DNA from: Paraspadella gotoi
Taxonomy: Eukaryota; Animalia; Chaetognatha
Direction: 5' to 3'
Assembly (NCBI GenBank): GCA_051294375.1
Contig: CM119268.1
Location: 20,495,797 to 20,559,796, forward strand
DNA: 64,000 nt
Below are positions 14,001-27,300 of the stretch, piece after piece. Numbering within the stretch: position 1 is the first letter of the stretch; each line of letters opens with the position of its first letter. The notes under the pieces were generated by a model. It was not told the DNA's origin and searched no databases. It worked only from the letters and a program-made list of their open reading frames with translations. Both the position numbers and the translations under genes were made by a program.

Positions 14001-17000
14001 AAATAGGGAGAAAAAAATGATGTACGATTCTACAAAGCTGAGCCTTGGCACCGCGATTGTCGCCGAGCAACAATATGTTAATTCACTTTTAACATCTTAT
14101 GCATTCATCGCCGATTTATATCACGAACGTTTTTAATCTTATATATAAAAACTTTGCTAAAAAAACCTATCTGAAGCAAGTTTGCACGGCTCAAACGTGA
14201 AATAGTGTTGTAATTGGCCATGCCTGGATTAATTTTTTATGAATTTCGTTAATTCAAGGTGAAATAATAGAAACATGTATATAGACAATATTTAAATTCT
14301 CAACTTTTAATCCCTTGAAAAATGAAACGTTTTTTAAACTTTTAACCCTGCAATCTCTTTTACTGGACACTGAGCCACGTTTATCAAATTTCTCTCTATT
14401 AGACATTTTTACAAACATGTTTTTTAAGATTGCCTATCTCACAAATTTTTTAATTCAATATTATTGACAAGTCGTTTAGGCTGCACTTCCTTCAATTCAG
14501 TGATAGAATTCATTGTGTAGCTCGAAATTCTCTATACCATCTTATTTAACTTGAAGATTTTGTTCATGATGGGAAAACCACACCACAGTAGTTAACCTGA
14601 GATTGCTTAATTCTCCTCCTCCTAACTATCCATAACCGTGGTTTAACCTTCTTACCTAGAATTTTTTAACCAATCCAGATTTGGAAAAACAAATCTTTTT
14701 AAAAAATTGGTTTTTTTCTACCCCTTTATTTAATTTTAATTACGTAATTCTCAAAAAAATTATTAAAACTGAGTGGTTTACTATTGAATAAATTAAAAAC
14801 TTTTTTTTGGTGAAAATTGTTTTTTCAGTATTGTGTTTTATCTTGGGTGGAATTAGATGGTTATCTCGAGTCTATTGGTATTTTTTCCAGCCGTAAGATC
14901 TATCTACGAAGATGGCCTCAAAATGAAAAGGTGAGATATTACCATAAGGGACGGTGTTCTTTAGGTGTACTTTTCCTATACTAGTTCATCCGTAATCCGG
15001 GCTTGTTTTTTGTTTACGCTGTCGAAGATCGGCTCGGAAGAGAGAGAGAGAGGAGAGAGAGAGGAGAGACGAGAGAGAGATGAGGAGTGAGAGAGAGAAC
15101 CGAGAGAGAGGAGAGAGCAGTGGAGAGAGAGAGGAGAAATCGAATACAAAAAAGAGAAGAGGGAAAACAAAATAAAAACGTAAAGAGAACAGTCCAAGAT
15201 AAAAAAACAAGATAAGTCAAACTCGAACAAGAGAAACAGTTAATCCAAACCCTTCTCTCCTCCGACTCCGCCCCCCTGTCGCCTTCTGGTATCCTCCGCC
15301 ACAACCTCCCCCCTTCCCTTAAATCGAGTCCACCTCGAGATCTTGAGCGCGTCCGGTCACCCAACGGTTAGCGGCGCTGGACCTACGTTCATTCTCTGCA
15401 TCCAATCCCAGAACATCCCCTCTCCCACATTTCTCTTATCTCTATAACCTTTTGTTCACTGTTCGAATTGTAGTTTCCTTAATCGCTAATCCGTACTATT
15501 TTTTTTTTAGTCGCTATTCGAGTGAAAATTAATTACGGTTAGCATTAAAAAAACGTCTAGGGGGGGTGCGGTGCGGTCGATTTGGAAAAGTCAATGAAAT
15601 AATCTGTTTCTTCTCTTTCTTTTTCCTTCTTATTAGTGTATTTTATCTAGTTTTGTACGCAGCTCATTTGGCTTTTATTTTACGTCGGTGTTTTCTGTCC
15701 GTACATTTTAAAGTTACTTGTTTTGTTTAAAACTACTAATTCCTCTCTTTGGGTTATGTTCATTTGTTTCTTTCATGTCTTTTGTACGAGATCATTGTTG
15801 CCAATATAAAAAAGTATATGAAAAGTTTAGGAACTTCAGATCCATGAAGGCCTGAATCGGAAGGTAAAAAAAAATTCTTATGCAAATGAAGAAAGAAAAA
15901 AAAAATCCATTGAGATTCGCCTATTGATCTACATTTCGATTGGATCGATTCAATTGTTGGTTGTTGTTGTTTGTTGTTGTTTGTCTATCAGATCGTTACC
16001 CACCTTAATAAAACCGGTCTTGTTCTCCGGATTAATCTTAGATCATTTTGATTTTGTTTCAAATTACCCAGGGTTATTGATTACCGGAACGCTACGTTGA
16101 ACATTTATTGAATCCGTACTATTTTCAGGTCTGCGTTATTCTCTGGTTATTTCTTCCTTCTCATTTGCACTCCTACATTCAGTAGCGGGCATTTTCCAGG
16201 TTCTACCCGCCAGAAGACTATTGTTCCTCCCTTCCTTGACCTCCGGGTCGCCCATCGTGATGCTAAAGCTAATAATACATTCTATTGACTGCTATTTCCT
16301 GCCCGGTTCAATCCCAATCCTTCCCGATACCGCGCGTGGCGAAGAGGCTTGTCTCCGGCGGCTCGTACTCCGTACCCTCTCGGTGCGTCCTGTGAACAAA
16401 TCCCCGCACAGTCGCCCAGGACCCGTTCCTATGCGCTTGCTTGACGTCCGCTTCGTGAAGCATACCGACCTATGCAGTTCTTCAACTCCTACTCCCTTGG
16501 CGTCGCGAATATCAAAAACCTCCATTCGCGTGCCACATTTCCCACGCCTTACTCTCCTCTCATCCACCAGGAACAACCCGCAAACACCTCCACGGCTGGA
16601 TGCAGGTTCCACTAACAGTAAGTTCAATCGTGGAAAAGAAGGCGCAAACCCGTTGAAGTGCTGCACTGCTCCGCCTCCGCCTCCAACCGGGAATGCTACT
16701 TCAAGAGTGGGCAAACGACCGATGGTGCGACCTGGAGGCGCACAAGACGCGGGAGATCGTTGGACGCGGAGGCGGAGAAGGATCGTCGTGAGAGAGTCGG
16801 GGCCGTCGAGATCAGAGCTTCAGAGTGTGAGTTGTGGGAGATGTTCGGAGTTTATTTCGTTTTCCAGATGATTTCTCGGATCGAATGATTTAGTTGGTTG
16901 TCGTTGAATTTATAGACGTGTTTTACTGGCGTGAATGCGGTTGGATTAGTTTACATGAATCACATATGGGATTGAAATATTGTTAATAGGTTCAGTAATA

Positions 17001-17999
17001 ATAGTTCAGATTGATGGATGAGTTCTGAACGAATAGCTTCGGAACGATGCGTCAGTGATATTGGAATACATTTATTTAACATGAATATGTTTTATTCAAT
17101 ATATGTTCTATCGGTTAACACCTCAATAGGTTTCATTGTGGATGTTTTGGTTAAATATTCGTTTTCTCTTGTTGTTTAGTTTTTCTGATGTTGTTTTCTG
17201 ATGTTGTTTTCTCACATTCGTTTTATAAACGTATTTAAGAATTTAAACAGGTATAGCGCTATTTATAGGCCTTGTTGCAATCTTGTAATAAAACAATTTC
17301 TGTGAAATTCAAAATTTTTCTGTCTGTCAATGTAAAAGCGTAATTTATAATAATTTACCTATGTGTACATTAAATATCTCTGATCTCTAGTTGGATCCAA
17401 AATCGGCGTTTAGCATTCACAGGCAGAGAAGAGATGAGCAAGGAGAGGGAGACTGTAATGAGAGAGGCAGAGAAAACCGCAGAAGTTAAATGCACAGGCC
17501 AGCTGAATGGGCCTCACCATCCTCTAACCTCTGATACCCACCCCGACCTTTACCCCCCGGAGCTATCGAGTTACTCCGATGATGTCCGGTACGCGAGGGA
17601 GAGGAGGATGAGTCGAGAGAAATGGTTTGAGACCAAACGGAGGTTTTTTCGTTGGTTCTCGTCGGCGACAATGTCGGAAATTCGTCTCATCTCTCTCTCC
17701 CTCCTTCTCGTCCTATATCTCTCTCCGCTCCTGACATCTCTCTCTCTCCTCTCTCTCTGAATCTCACTCACATCCTTCCCACCTCCTCTCTCTTCCTCCC
17801 CTCGTCGTCTGCTTACTCTCAGATCGTCTCTTTCTCTCTCTGACCTGTACCCTTTTCTCTATCCCCCCTCCCCTCCCTAACACCCTCTATGCTCTAAGAA
17901 AAAACAAAGGATAAAAATTACCGGCCAATCCGTCAATTGTTATTGATTATACTAAAGAAAAAAATTAAAAAAGCGGCGAAGGGGATGAGGAGGGAAAAA

Positions 18000-18665
18000 C
18001 CCAAAAATCCCCTCAATTTCCACCCCCCAAATTCCCGCCCATCGCGTACTTTTCCGGTTCATTGTCTTCCCCCCTAGCTCAATTCCCCCCGCGACTATCC
18101 GAGTGTTCCACGCACATTGCAGAGATTCTCAATTCCCCCCCACGGTTATCGAGGTACATGCCCACCCCTCAGAATTCCTACTCCCCACGTTCGAAATTCC
18201 CCCCCCCTTCTCTATTTTCTCCCCCCCATCTCCCCAATTCCCCCTCCTCAATTCCCCCCTCGATTCTCCCCCCTGTCCTCAATATTCCCCGGCCTCATTC
18301 CCCGTCAATATCCCCCCGTCCAATTCGCCCACTCAATTCCCCCCTCGATCCCCCCCCTCAATTCCCGCCCTCGATCCCCCCTCAATTCGCGTCCCCTCAA
18401 TCCCCCTCCCAATTCCCACCCCCAATATCCCCCCCAATTCCCCCCCTCCCAATTTCCCCCCTCAGATTCCCCCCCTCAATTCCCCCCCTCAATTCCCCCT
18501 CAATTCCCCTCCCAACCGCCCATCCGATCCCCCCTCCAATCCCCCCTCCAATTCCCCCCCTCAATTCCCCCCCTCGATTCCCCCCCTCAATTCCCCCCTC
18601 AATTCCCCCCCTAATTCCCCCCTCAATTCCCCCCCTCACAATTCCCCCCCTCGATCCCCCACTTC
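18000..18665. repeat. (TCAATTCCCCCC)n 12-bp minisatellite, G-rich on the minus strand
   Basis: Tandem CCCCCCTCAATT/CCCCCCTCGATT units. These generate the Pro-rich and Gly-rich ORFs in the track. Confidence 0.92.
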
Positions 18666-18959
18666 CCGCCAAAAAAGAAAGGACCCAGAAAGAAAAAGAG
18701 GATAAATTGTGGAATACATGAAAGACGTCNNNNNNNNNNNNNNNNNNNNNNNNNTAATGTTGGGGTTGATGTGAGGAGAGCGCCGGCGCTAAGGTGAAGA
18801 CCAGAGAGAGAACAGGAATTTTTGGGTTTTTTTTTTCAGCGCTTGAGTGAAAAAAGTGCGAATGAGAAAGATTTTTTTGGGGGGGGCTCTCTTTTCCAAG
18901 AGTGCCCCGTTTTCGTTCGTTTTCAACCTTAAACACTAATCTATAACCCAAATTCTTAA

Positions 18960-19230
18960 CCTTAATTACAAACTAAGTCCTTTACCTTAATCCCTAACCT
19001 AATCCCTAACCTAATCCCTAGCCTAATCCTTAACCTCATCCCTAACCTAATCCCTAACCTAATCCCTAACCTAATCCCTAACCTAATCCATAACCTAATC
19101 CCTAACCTAATCAGTATCCTAATCAATAACCTAATCCCTAACCTAATCCATAACCTAATCCCTAACCTAATCCCTAACCTAATCCCTAACCTAATCCCTA
19201 ACCTAATCTCTAACTTTAATCTTTACCTAA
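18960..19230. repeat. (TAACCTAATCCC)n 12-bp telomere-like tandem repeat
   Basis: About 18 near-perfect units between 18985 and 19210. The reverse strand reads (TTAGGGATTAGG)n. Confidence 0.9.
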
Positions 19231-19459
19231 AAAAATTGAACTTAATTCAGATCAGAATTTAAGATAAAATGGGTTGTTCTCGAAAAATGAAGCCTTTTTG
19301 TGTTTTTTGTTTTTTTGTTGTTTTTTTTCGGATTGAGGACCAAAGGTGAGGAAAGGGAATAAAAATGGGGAAAAGGTAAGTTGGAATGAAATGGCAAGTT
19401 AAATTCCACAATATTTCATATCAAAATAAATGTAATGAAATAAAAGTCAATCCTTTACC

Positions 19460-20343
19460 TTGATGATGATAATGATGATGATGATAATGATGATGATGAT
19501 AAGTGATGATGATGATAATGATGATGATAAGTGATTATAGAACACGATTTAAAAATTAGTGTGTTTAGCTTTAGGACAATCAAAAACGTAAATTTTAAGA
19601 TAACAATGATTAGATGTTCTATCCTCGTGGTAACAAAATGTAATTGGAGATTTGTACGTCTTCGGGTCGTCAAGTTCAATTCTTCTAAGATGTCTCGAAA
19701 AAGTAAATTGTTTTTGATGATGTTTTCTCGCCTTCCTTTGGCTCTTGAGATGATTTTGTGTTTGAGGGAGGATTCTCCTGCTTCATCGTATACGAGCTTT
19801 GATGTATGGATTGCAAGATTTAAAAATGTTCTTATGTCCCTCAATTGTAGCTTCTCTAATTTAGACCACTGATGATCGGACATTGTAAGCCATATGACAA
19901 TGGAGTAATCAAAAATAGAAGTGACAAGGCTATTGTAAACCTGAAACACAGGTCTAAATTTGTTTATTTTTCCTTTGTTTGCTAGTTTTTTGATGGCCAT
20001 AATTTTTGTTTTTGCTTTGTCAGTGAGTTGGTCAATGAATTTGCTCCATTGTAGTTTATTATCTAGGACCATCCCAAGCAGTTTGAATTCCCTGTTGAAA
20101 ACAACCTTGAAGTTTTATAGAATGATGGCTTGGATACCTACTAAATATGGTTGCAACTGGTTTCACACCATCTTACAATTTTGTTGAGAACTGGTTGTAG
20201 TTTGTCTTTTGCTTCATCTAGAGTTTTCCCGCTCGCCCAGATGGATGTGTCGTCTGCATACTTTGCACCCCTGCTTACCTGGAAGATCGTCCACGTAAAA
20301 AGTAAAGATGTTGGACTGAGGGACTGAGGGACTGAGGACTGAG
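19460..20343 (-). mobile_element. 5'-truncated non-LTR retrotransposon: RT C-terminal half plus probable (CAT)n 3' tail
   Basis: Minus strand encodes SVLSP..FTFYVDDLP, the catalytic YADD (20249-20260, YADDTSIW), LGMVLDNKLQWSKFID, VYNSLVTSIFDYSIVIW and KLEKLQLR (ORF 19455..20072). An (ATC/CAT)n tract lies at 19460-19532. Frameshifted. Confidence 0.9.
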
Positions 20344-21843
20344 GGAGAGAGAGAGAAAGAGAGAGAGAGGGAGAGAGAGAGAAACAGAGAAAGAGAGAGA
20401 GGTAAAGACAGAGAAAGAGAGAGAGAGAGAGGCAGAGAGAGAAAAAGAGAGAGGAACGAGCAGAAGAGGGGATAAAAGAGGAGCTTAGAGTATGAGAACA
20501 AGAGAAAAAAGAGAGAGACTCAGAGAGAGGTAGCAGAGTTTCTCTTTTCGGCGAGCTCGAGTGGGTGACGAGAGAAAAGAGAGCTTAGGCTAATCTTCAG
20601 TACGTACGATGAAAAGAAAAGAGAGCAGAATTCTCAGACGTTCCTGGTAGACGAGCTCATGAGGTAGTAATAGAAGAGTTACGACTGCGTCGTCTGCACC
20701 CTTTGCTAGACTGTGAGACGAAATCAATTCATCTAAAAGCTAAGACGTTAGCAAGGAGACGCAGAACGGCTCTAAAGAGAGGAGAGAGAGAACTGAGAAG
20801 AGCAAATATCGACGAGAGAGACGAGAGTAAGACAGATGAGAGAGGACAATTTCTCGTTATCTCTTTTTATTATTCCCCTTCTATTATTCCTATATCTTTT
20901 TCTCAATTTTTTTTCGTTATGGAATCGAGAGACAGCTTTTTTTGGCATTTGGCCGCGCACACAAGAAAGAAACTAAAAAAAGAAAGAAAAAGAAAGAAAG
21001 ACCTAAAAAGACCTTCGTGCCTACGCAGAGAACTCCTCTCCACTTCTTCTCCTTCCTCTCTCTGACCACATGACTCCGCTATTGGCTCATCCTGCATAAT
21101 GCACTTCACTCTACCAGTCTCCACCCGAATTCTCTCTCTCCTTTGCCTGNNNNNNNNNNNNNNNNNNNNNNNNNAAAAAAAAAGAAAGAAAAGAAAGAAA
21201 GAAAAAAGACCTTCGTCAGCAGAGAACCATGATTGCATTGGAATTGCAAATGCAAACACCACAGCCACCGATCTCTCTCTCTCTCTCTCTCTCTCNNNNN
21301 NNNNNNNNNNNNNNNNNNNNNNNNNNNNNNNNNNNNNNNNNNNNNNNNNNNNNNNNNNNNNNNNNNNNNNNNNNNNNNNNNNNNNNNNNNNNNNNNNNNN
21401 NNNNNNNNNNNNNNNNNNNNNNNNNNNNNNNNNNNNNNNNNNNNNNNNNNNNNNNNNNCCACTAAAGAGGGAAAACAAAAAAGTTGAGCAATGATCACGA
21501 AATCACACGAAATCACTCAGATCACGTGACTAAAAGATTTATCAGAAGAAAAATGGAGCAGAGAAAAAAATGGAAAAAAAGGGAAGAAATCGGAAAGGAA
21601 ATGGACAATAAAAAACAGGGAACAAAGAAAGAGAAAGAATAAAACAAAGAATAAAACCGTACATAACCGTAAAAGATATTGTCAATTTATCAATAAATAT
21701 ATCAATATTATTTTATAATATTATTTAATACTAATTAACTTATACTTCACTAAAACGAGTCAAAGTCGCGGACTTTATTGTAAATGTTGTTCAATTTTTT
21801 CACTCACAGTCACCGGTATTTTTGGTGACTTTTTGTTGCTTGA

Positions 21844-22152
21844 TTAGTTTACTAATTGAACACTTGCATATCTTATGAATCCATGTTGTCTCCCATGTTC
21901 CTCGCTGTTGTCAACTTCATCGCTGTCGTCTTCAACTTCATCGCTGTTGTCTTCATCTTCCTCACTGTTGTCTTCAACTTTATCGCTGTTATCTACAGCT
22001 TCATCGCTTTTGTCTTCAGCTTCCTCATTGTTGTCTTCATCTTCGTCGCTGTTGTTTTCAACTTCATCGCTTTTGTCTTCAGCTTCCTCGTTGTTGTCTT
22101 CAACTTCATCGCTGTTGTCTTCAACTGCATCGCTGTTGTTTTTCATTAGCAA
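21844..22152 (-). repeat. 21-bp in-frame tandem repeat forming an Asp/Glu/Ser/Asn-rich ORF (EDNSDEV)n; coding status unknown
   Basis: About 11 units of TCTTCAACTTCATCGCTGTTG. The 102-aa minus-strand ORF is open throughout. Confidence 0.75.
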
Positions 22153-22492
22153 ACTCGTCTAAATTACGACGCAATTTTTCCGCGCGTAAATCTCTTCCCA
22201 TAGACGGCCTCTGACGTCTGGACGAGAAAATGTAAGAAAATACCCAGGATTTGCAAGAACGCCCCATTGCCTNNNNNNNNNNNNNNNNNNNNNNNNNNNN
22301 NNNNNNNNNNNNNNNNNNNNNNNNNNNNNNNNNNNNNNNNNNNNNNNNNNNNNNNNNNNNNNNNNNNNNNNNNNNNNNNNNNNNNNNNNNNNNNNNNNNN
22401 NNNNNNNNNNNNNNNNNNNNNNNNNNNNNNNNNNNNNNNNNNNNNNNNNNNNNNNNNNNNNNNNNNNNNNNNNNNNNNNNNNNNNNNNNNNN

Positions 22493-22523
<31 letters not shown>

Positions 22524-22796
22524 TTTTAAAGAGCTTTTTTCTGGAAATATCACATTATATAACATTTTTAATAATGTATTCTTATCTTATAACTATAAAA
22601 TTTTGTATTATATTACACCGAAAAATCCGTTTTACCGAATCTCTCCTAATCGCGTTAGCGGTTCACAGCAAGGCTGACGGATTTCAATTTTTTTTCTTCT
22701 CGATTTTCGATTTTTTTTTTTCGCGCGAGAATTTAAAGGGAAAAAGCCTCTAACTCGATAATGCTGAGAATAATGCGGGGGAAATCCCATATCCCG

Positions 22797-22834
<38 letters not shown>

Positions 22835-23243
22835 NNNNNNNNNNNNNNNNNNNNNNNNNNNNNNNNNNNNNNNNNNNNNNNNNNNNNNNNNNNNNNNNNN
22901 NNNNNNNNNNNNNNNNNNNNNNNNNNNNNNNNNNNNNNNNNNNNNNNNNNNNNNNNNNNNNNNNNNNNNNNNNNNNNNNNNCTCTCTCTCCCCTCCTATC
23001 TCTCCATAACCAGCCGCCGGAAAAAATTGTCACGATTTTTAGGGGAATTTCCCCCCCTGTTATTTAAAGAGAAAAAAATAAAAATAAAATAAAAAGATAA
23101 GAATAAAAAAGGAAAAAGGAAAAAAGAGAAAAAAAGGTCAAATCAGTAGGAAAAAACTGTGGGCGATTTGAACCAACGATTAGATTTATTTTAAGAGCCT
23201 GAGTTTGACGGGAAAACATTTGAGGGAAAAGTGGGAGGGAGAA

Positions 23244-23300
<57 letters not shown>

Positions 23301-23892
23301 TGGGGGAGAGAGTGAGACACAGGGTTGACATGGACATGGAGAGAAAGAAGGGGAGAGAGAGAGAGAGTGGAAAGGGAGAGAGAAAAGGGAGAACAATATT
23401 GTACTACTAATAAACATTACTGAGTAAAAAAATTATATTAAAAATTTTGCAATTTATGCAGTGGGCTATATTTCTACATACAATCTTAGAAAATGAAGAA
23501 GTTGTCAAAAACTTTTGCTCAACTTCTGACCCTTTTAATATAAAAATCGCGGGCAAAAAATTATTTATCTGAAAAATTTGACTTTTTTTGATTCGAATGA
23601 GTTTTTGTTCGGTAAAATGGGATTAAAACGCAGGTGTGAGGAAAAGAAGGATGAAAAAAATCTGGCCTTTTCAATCATTTATAAAACCAATCATTTATAA
23701 TATTATAATAATGTTTTTTTTATATATTAATATAACCTATGGGGGTTTTCATTTATGGTATATTTTATCAAAAGTAATGAAAAGTTGATATAGGAGGCCT
23801 TAAACCACCAAAGCCTGTCCAAAGTCAGGGGCAAGATAGCTTATTTATTAAATGAATGGATAATTTTTATATTGGTTGTACCAATTTCATAG

Positions 23893-24250
23893 TAATATGA
23901 ACAGACTTAATGTAGCTGTAAATGATGGTGTCCGTAAGATTTTTGGATATAATCGATAGGAAAGTGTGAGAGAACTTAGCCTTAGGAGTATGTTTTGATA
24001 CCACGACCTATCTACAATTTTTAATAATCGTAGGAAAACCTTTATCTCAAAGATCTATACAATGAAAAATACTGTTCTTCAGAAACTTGTTCCGTTTTTT
24101 ACAACATAAGAATTAATTAATTAATCTTATTTAATTAACTGTTTTTGTTTTTTCTCTCTCTATTTTATTATCTTTTTCGTTTGCACAGACTTAGTCTATG
24201 TTTGTTTGTTGATGATGATTGTACTGAATGAACCTTGTTGAATAAAATCG
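23893..24250 (+). mobile_element. 3' end of a decayed LINE (L2/Crack/Daphne-like ORF2 C-terminus plus 3' UTR)
   Basis: Translation MNRLNVAVNDGVRKIFGYNR*ESVREL...FNNRRKTFISKIYTMKNTVLQKLV..* resembles the 'LnVawNxxxRkIFGyxrWeSv' C-terminal pattern. It has two in-frame stops, and AATAAA follows at 24241. Confidence 0.6.
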
Positions 24251-24393
24251 CATATGTATATAATAACTCTTTCATGAAGTTCGTGAAAAATTAGAAAAAC
24301 CATTATTTTGCACTGAAAATTAAATTAATGCATTTGAAATATATTTTTTAAAATTCTTTACCATTTAAAAAATGTATTTTCAAAATTCAAATT

Positions 24394-27300
24394 TTTTCTG
24401 AAATTTGTACAACCAATATAAAAATTATCCATTCATTCAATAAATATAAAATAAGCTATCTTGCCTAAACGGGCGAAACGGGCTCATGCTCAATACAATA
24501 TTTATTATATCTTCCCATCGTCTTAATCTTCCCATCTTCCCACCATCTTAATCTTCCCAACTTCCTACCTATCTTCCCATATTCCCCCAAAATTAAGAAA
24601 AGGCTATTTTCAAATTTGAAACATATTAAAATTAAATTAAATTATAATAAATTAAAATGATTTTTTTATAAATAAATATTTATTAGTGTAAATTTGGTCA
24701 TTGTTAAAGAGTTTACAACAATTTTATCTGAATTGGGCCCTGACCTATTTTTTTATTTTTTTTTCTGAAAGAAAAAGTATGACAAAGGAAATAAATGAAA
24801 TTTAGTCAATTTAGCCAAAAGATGATGAATTCAGCTGACGAGACCCAAATAATCGTCCATCAAGGAACCGATGGCGAAAATGTCATTGTTATTTTATTTT
24901 ATTTTATTTTATTTTATTTTATTTTATTTTATTTTTTGAAGGCTCAAATATCTGAATTTAAGGTTTTATTTAGTGACTCCAATAATTATGTTTAAAGCCT
25001 CGAATTGGTTGAATTTTATACTTGAATTTGAATATATGGTCTCTCTTTGGTAGTAGATGTTTTGATTTTATTCTCAAAATGTGAACTCTCCTCTCATAAT
25101 TTTATAATGTTATAATTTTGTCCTAGTTTATAAAAGGAGAGAACTTCTTAATTTTTGAGGAATTCCTCTGAGGCCATTAGGTATTAAATGAAATTATTAA
25201 TTTTACTTTAATGTTTTTATGTAGCTTTGAGCTGCTGTTGCGTCTAGGCTCTGCTGCTCATCTCTGTTGGATATTGAATAATTAATATTTCTTGGTATCT
25301 GGATTGAGTTAATATTAAGTCGAGATTAAGAACTGCTCAAACAATGTTCTCATCTGAAACTGAGAAAAACCCCAAGGAAAATCTTCAGTCATACTTGAAA
25401 TTTAATATTTTCATAGGGCATCTTTCACAAGGCTCTAAATTTGAGTTTTAGTGATAAAAGAATCTTAATAATGAAACTGAAACCTAAGTTATTAAACTAA
25501 AAAAAATAACGACATAACCAAACAAACGAAAAAAAATATTCGAGAAAAGATTTTGGGAAATGACACCCAAAGAGTTCTCAGTCTGAGGCGAAAAAGAGAG
25601 ATAGAGAGAGAAAAGAACAAAGGAGAGAGAGAGGAGCCCGCATGGAGTGAGGAAGAGCGACCCATCGGACAAGAGCGAGACGGGAAATGATCAGAGAGCA
25701 ACGGAGTACTGCAGGCAGTGCAAAACATACCTTAGGGTGGCGGGATCACATCTACATAACAGTATGGTTTCTTCTGCGAGAGAGATGAGTCGCCAATCAG
25801 GTGCCATAAATGGTAGCAAGGAATAGTAACGAAGATGAGTACCTGCGACGAGAGGAGCGACGGAAAAAAGTAGGAGGAAAAGAGGAGAAGAAGAGAGAGA
25901 GATGGATGAGAGATGAGAGGAGAGATGACGAGCGAGAGAGAATGAGAGAACTGAGAGGATGCAGCACGCACAGAGAAAAGAGGAGAAGAAGAAGGACTCC
26001 AGAGTATATTCCAGAGTAGAATGAATCCCAAATAAAAAGTTAAAAATATAAATTGGATAAAAGAAAAAAAAATTGGAGCAAAACGTCACTCGTTGATTTA
26101 TGGCGAATTCGTGTTTTGACTCTGAAGATATTTGAAGGAGAGGAAACTGTGACTGAAATCGAGGGACAGAGAGAGAGAGAGACAGAAAGAGAGAGAGAGA
26201 GAGAGCATTCTTCCACCATCTCAATCTTCTCGCATTCTTCCCACCACCTCAAATTTACCATCTTTTCACCATCTCAAATCTTAACCATTTCCCACCATCT
26301 CAATCTTCCCATCTTCATTCTTCCCCCATCTCAATCTTCCCACTTTCCCACCACCGTCAAATTTAACATCTTTTACACTCTTCCCATCTGCCCTCAACAA
26401 GATTGGCAATCTGGCTGGACATCGGAAAATGATGCTTCCCATAAATCGTGGGGAGGATTTTCCCTCTGAGCGAATCAGGGCCGGAAATAACCGAGGGAGG
26501 GAACCCGGATCTGGTTCCATCACCTCTCTCTCTCTCTCTCTCTCTCTCTCACGTCTCTCTCTCTCTCTCTCTCTCTCCTCTAATTCTGGCTGTCTTCTAT
26601 TCTCTGTCACCCTCTAAATTTTCGCTTCCAAAACCTTTTTTCCGTTTTTAATCTAATCTCTTAATTCTCTCATCTCCTCTCTACTCTCTCTCTCTCTGTC
26701 TCTGTCCTCTNNNNNNNNNNNNNNNNNNNNNNNNNATGGAACCAGATCCGGGTTCCCCCCTCGGTTTATTTCCGGCCCTGATTCGCTCAGAGGGAAAATC
26801 CTCCCCACGATTTATGGAAGCATCATTTTCCGATGTCCAGCCAAGATGCCAATCTGTTGAGGGAAGATGGGAAGATGGTGAAAAGATGGTAAATTTGAGG
26901 TGGTGGGAAGATGGGAAGATTGAGATGGGGGGAAGAATGGAAGATGGNNNNNNNNNNNNNNNNNNNNNNNNNNNNNNNNNNNNNNNNNNNNNNNNNNNNN
27001 NNNNNNNNNNNNNNNNNNNNNNNNNNNNNNNNNNNNNNNNNNNNNNNNNNNNNNNNNNNNNNNNNNNNNNNNNNNNNNNNNNNNNNNNNNNNNNNNNNNN
27101 NNNNNNNNNNNNNNNNNNNNNNNNNNNNNNNNNNNNNNNNNNNNNNNNNNNNNNNNNNNNNNNNNNNNNNNNNNNNNNNNNNNNNNNNNNNNNNNNNNNN
27201 NNNNGAAGATGGGAAGATTGAGATGGTGGAAAGATGGTAAATTTGAGGTGGGGGGAAGATGGGAAGATTGAGATGGTGGGAAGAATGGAAGATGGGAAGA

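Noticed and set aside
13700-14650. Possible transposase remnants (CIHR-like and KFDKRGSV-like peptides)
   Set aside because: Only isolated short motifs, with no TIRs or consistent frame.
16221-16871. 216-aa ORF
   Set aside because: No recognisable domain. It lies in an indel-rich, GC-richer noisy region with overlapping antisense ORFs.
24831-24890. CAGCTGACGAGACCCAAATA...CGAAAATGTC resembling a Schistosoma-type hammerhead
   Set aside because: The 5' half is suggestive, but stems I and III do not pair and stem II lacks its partner strand.
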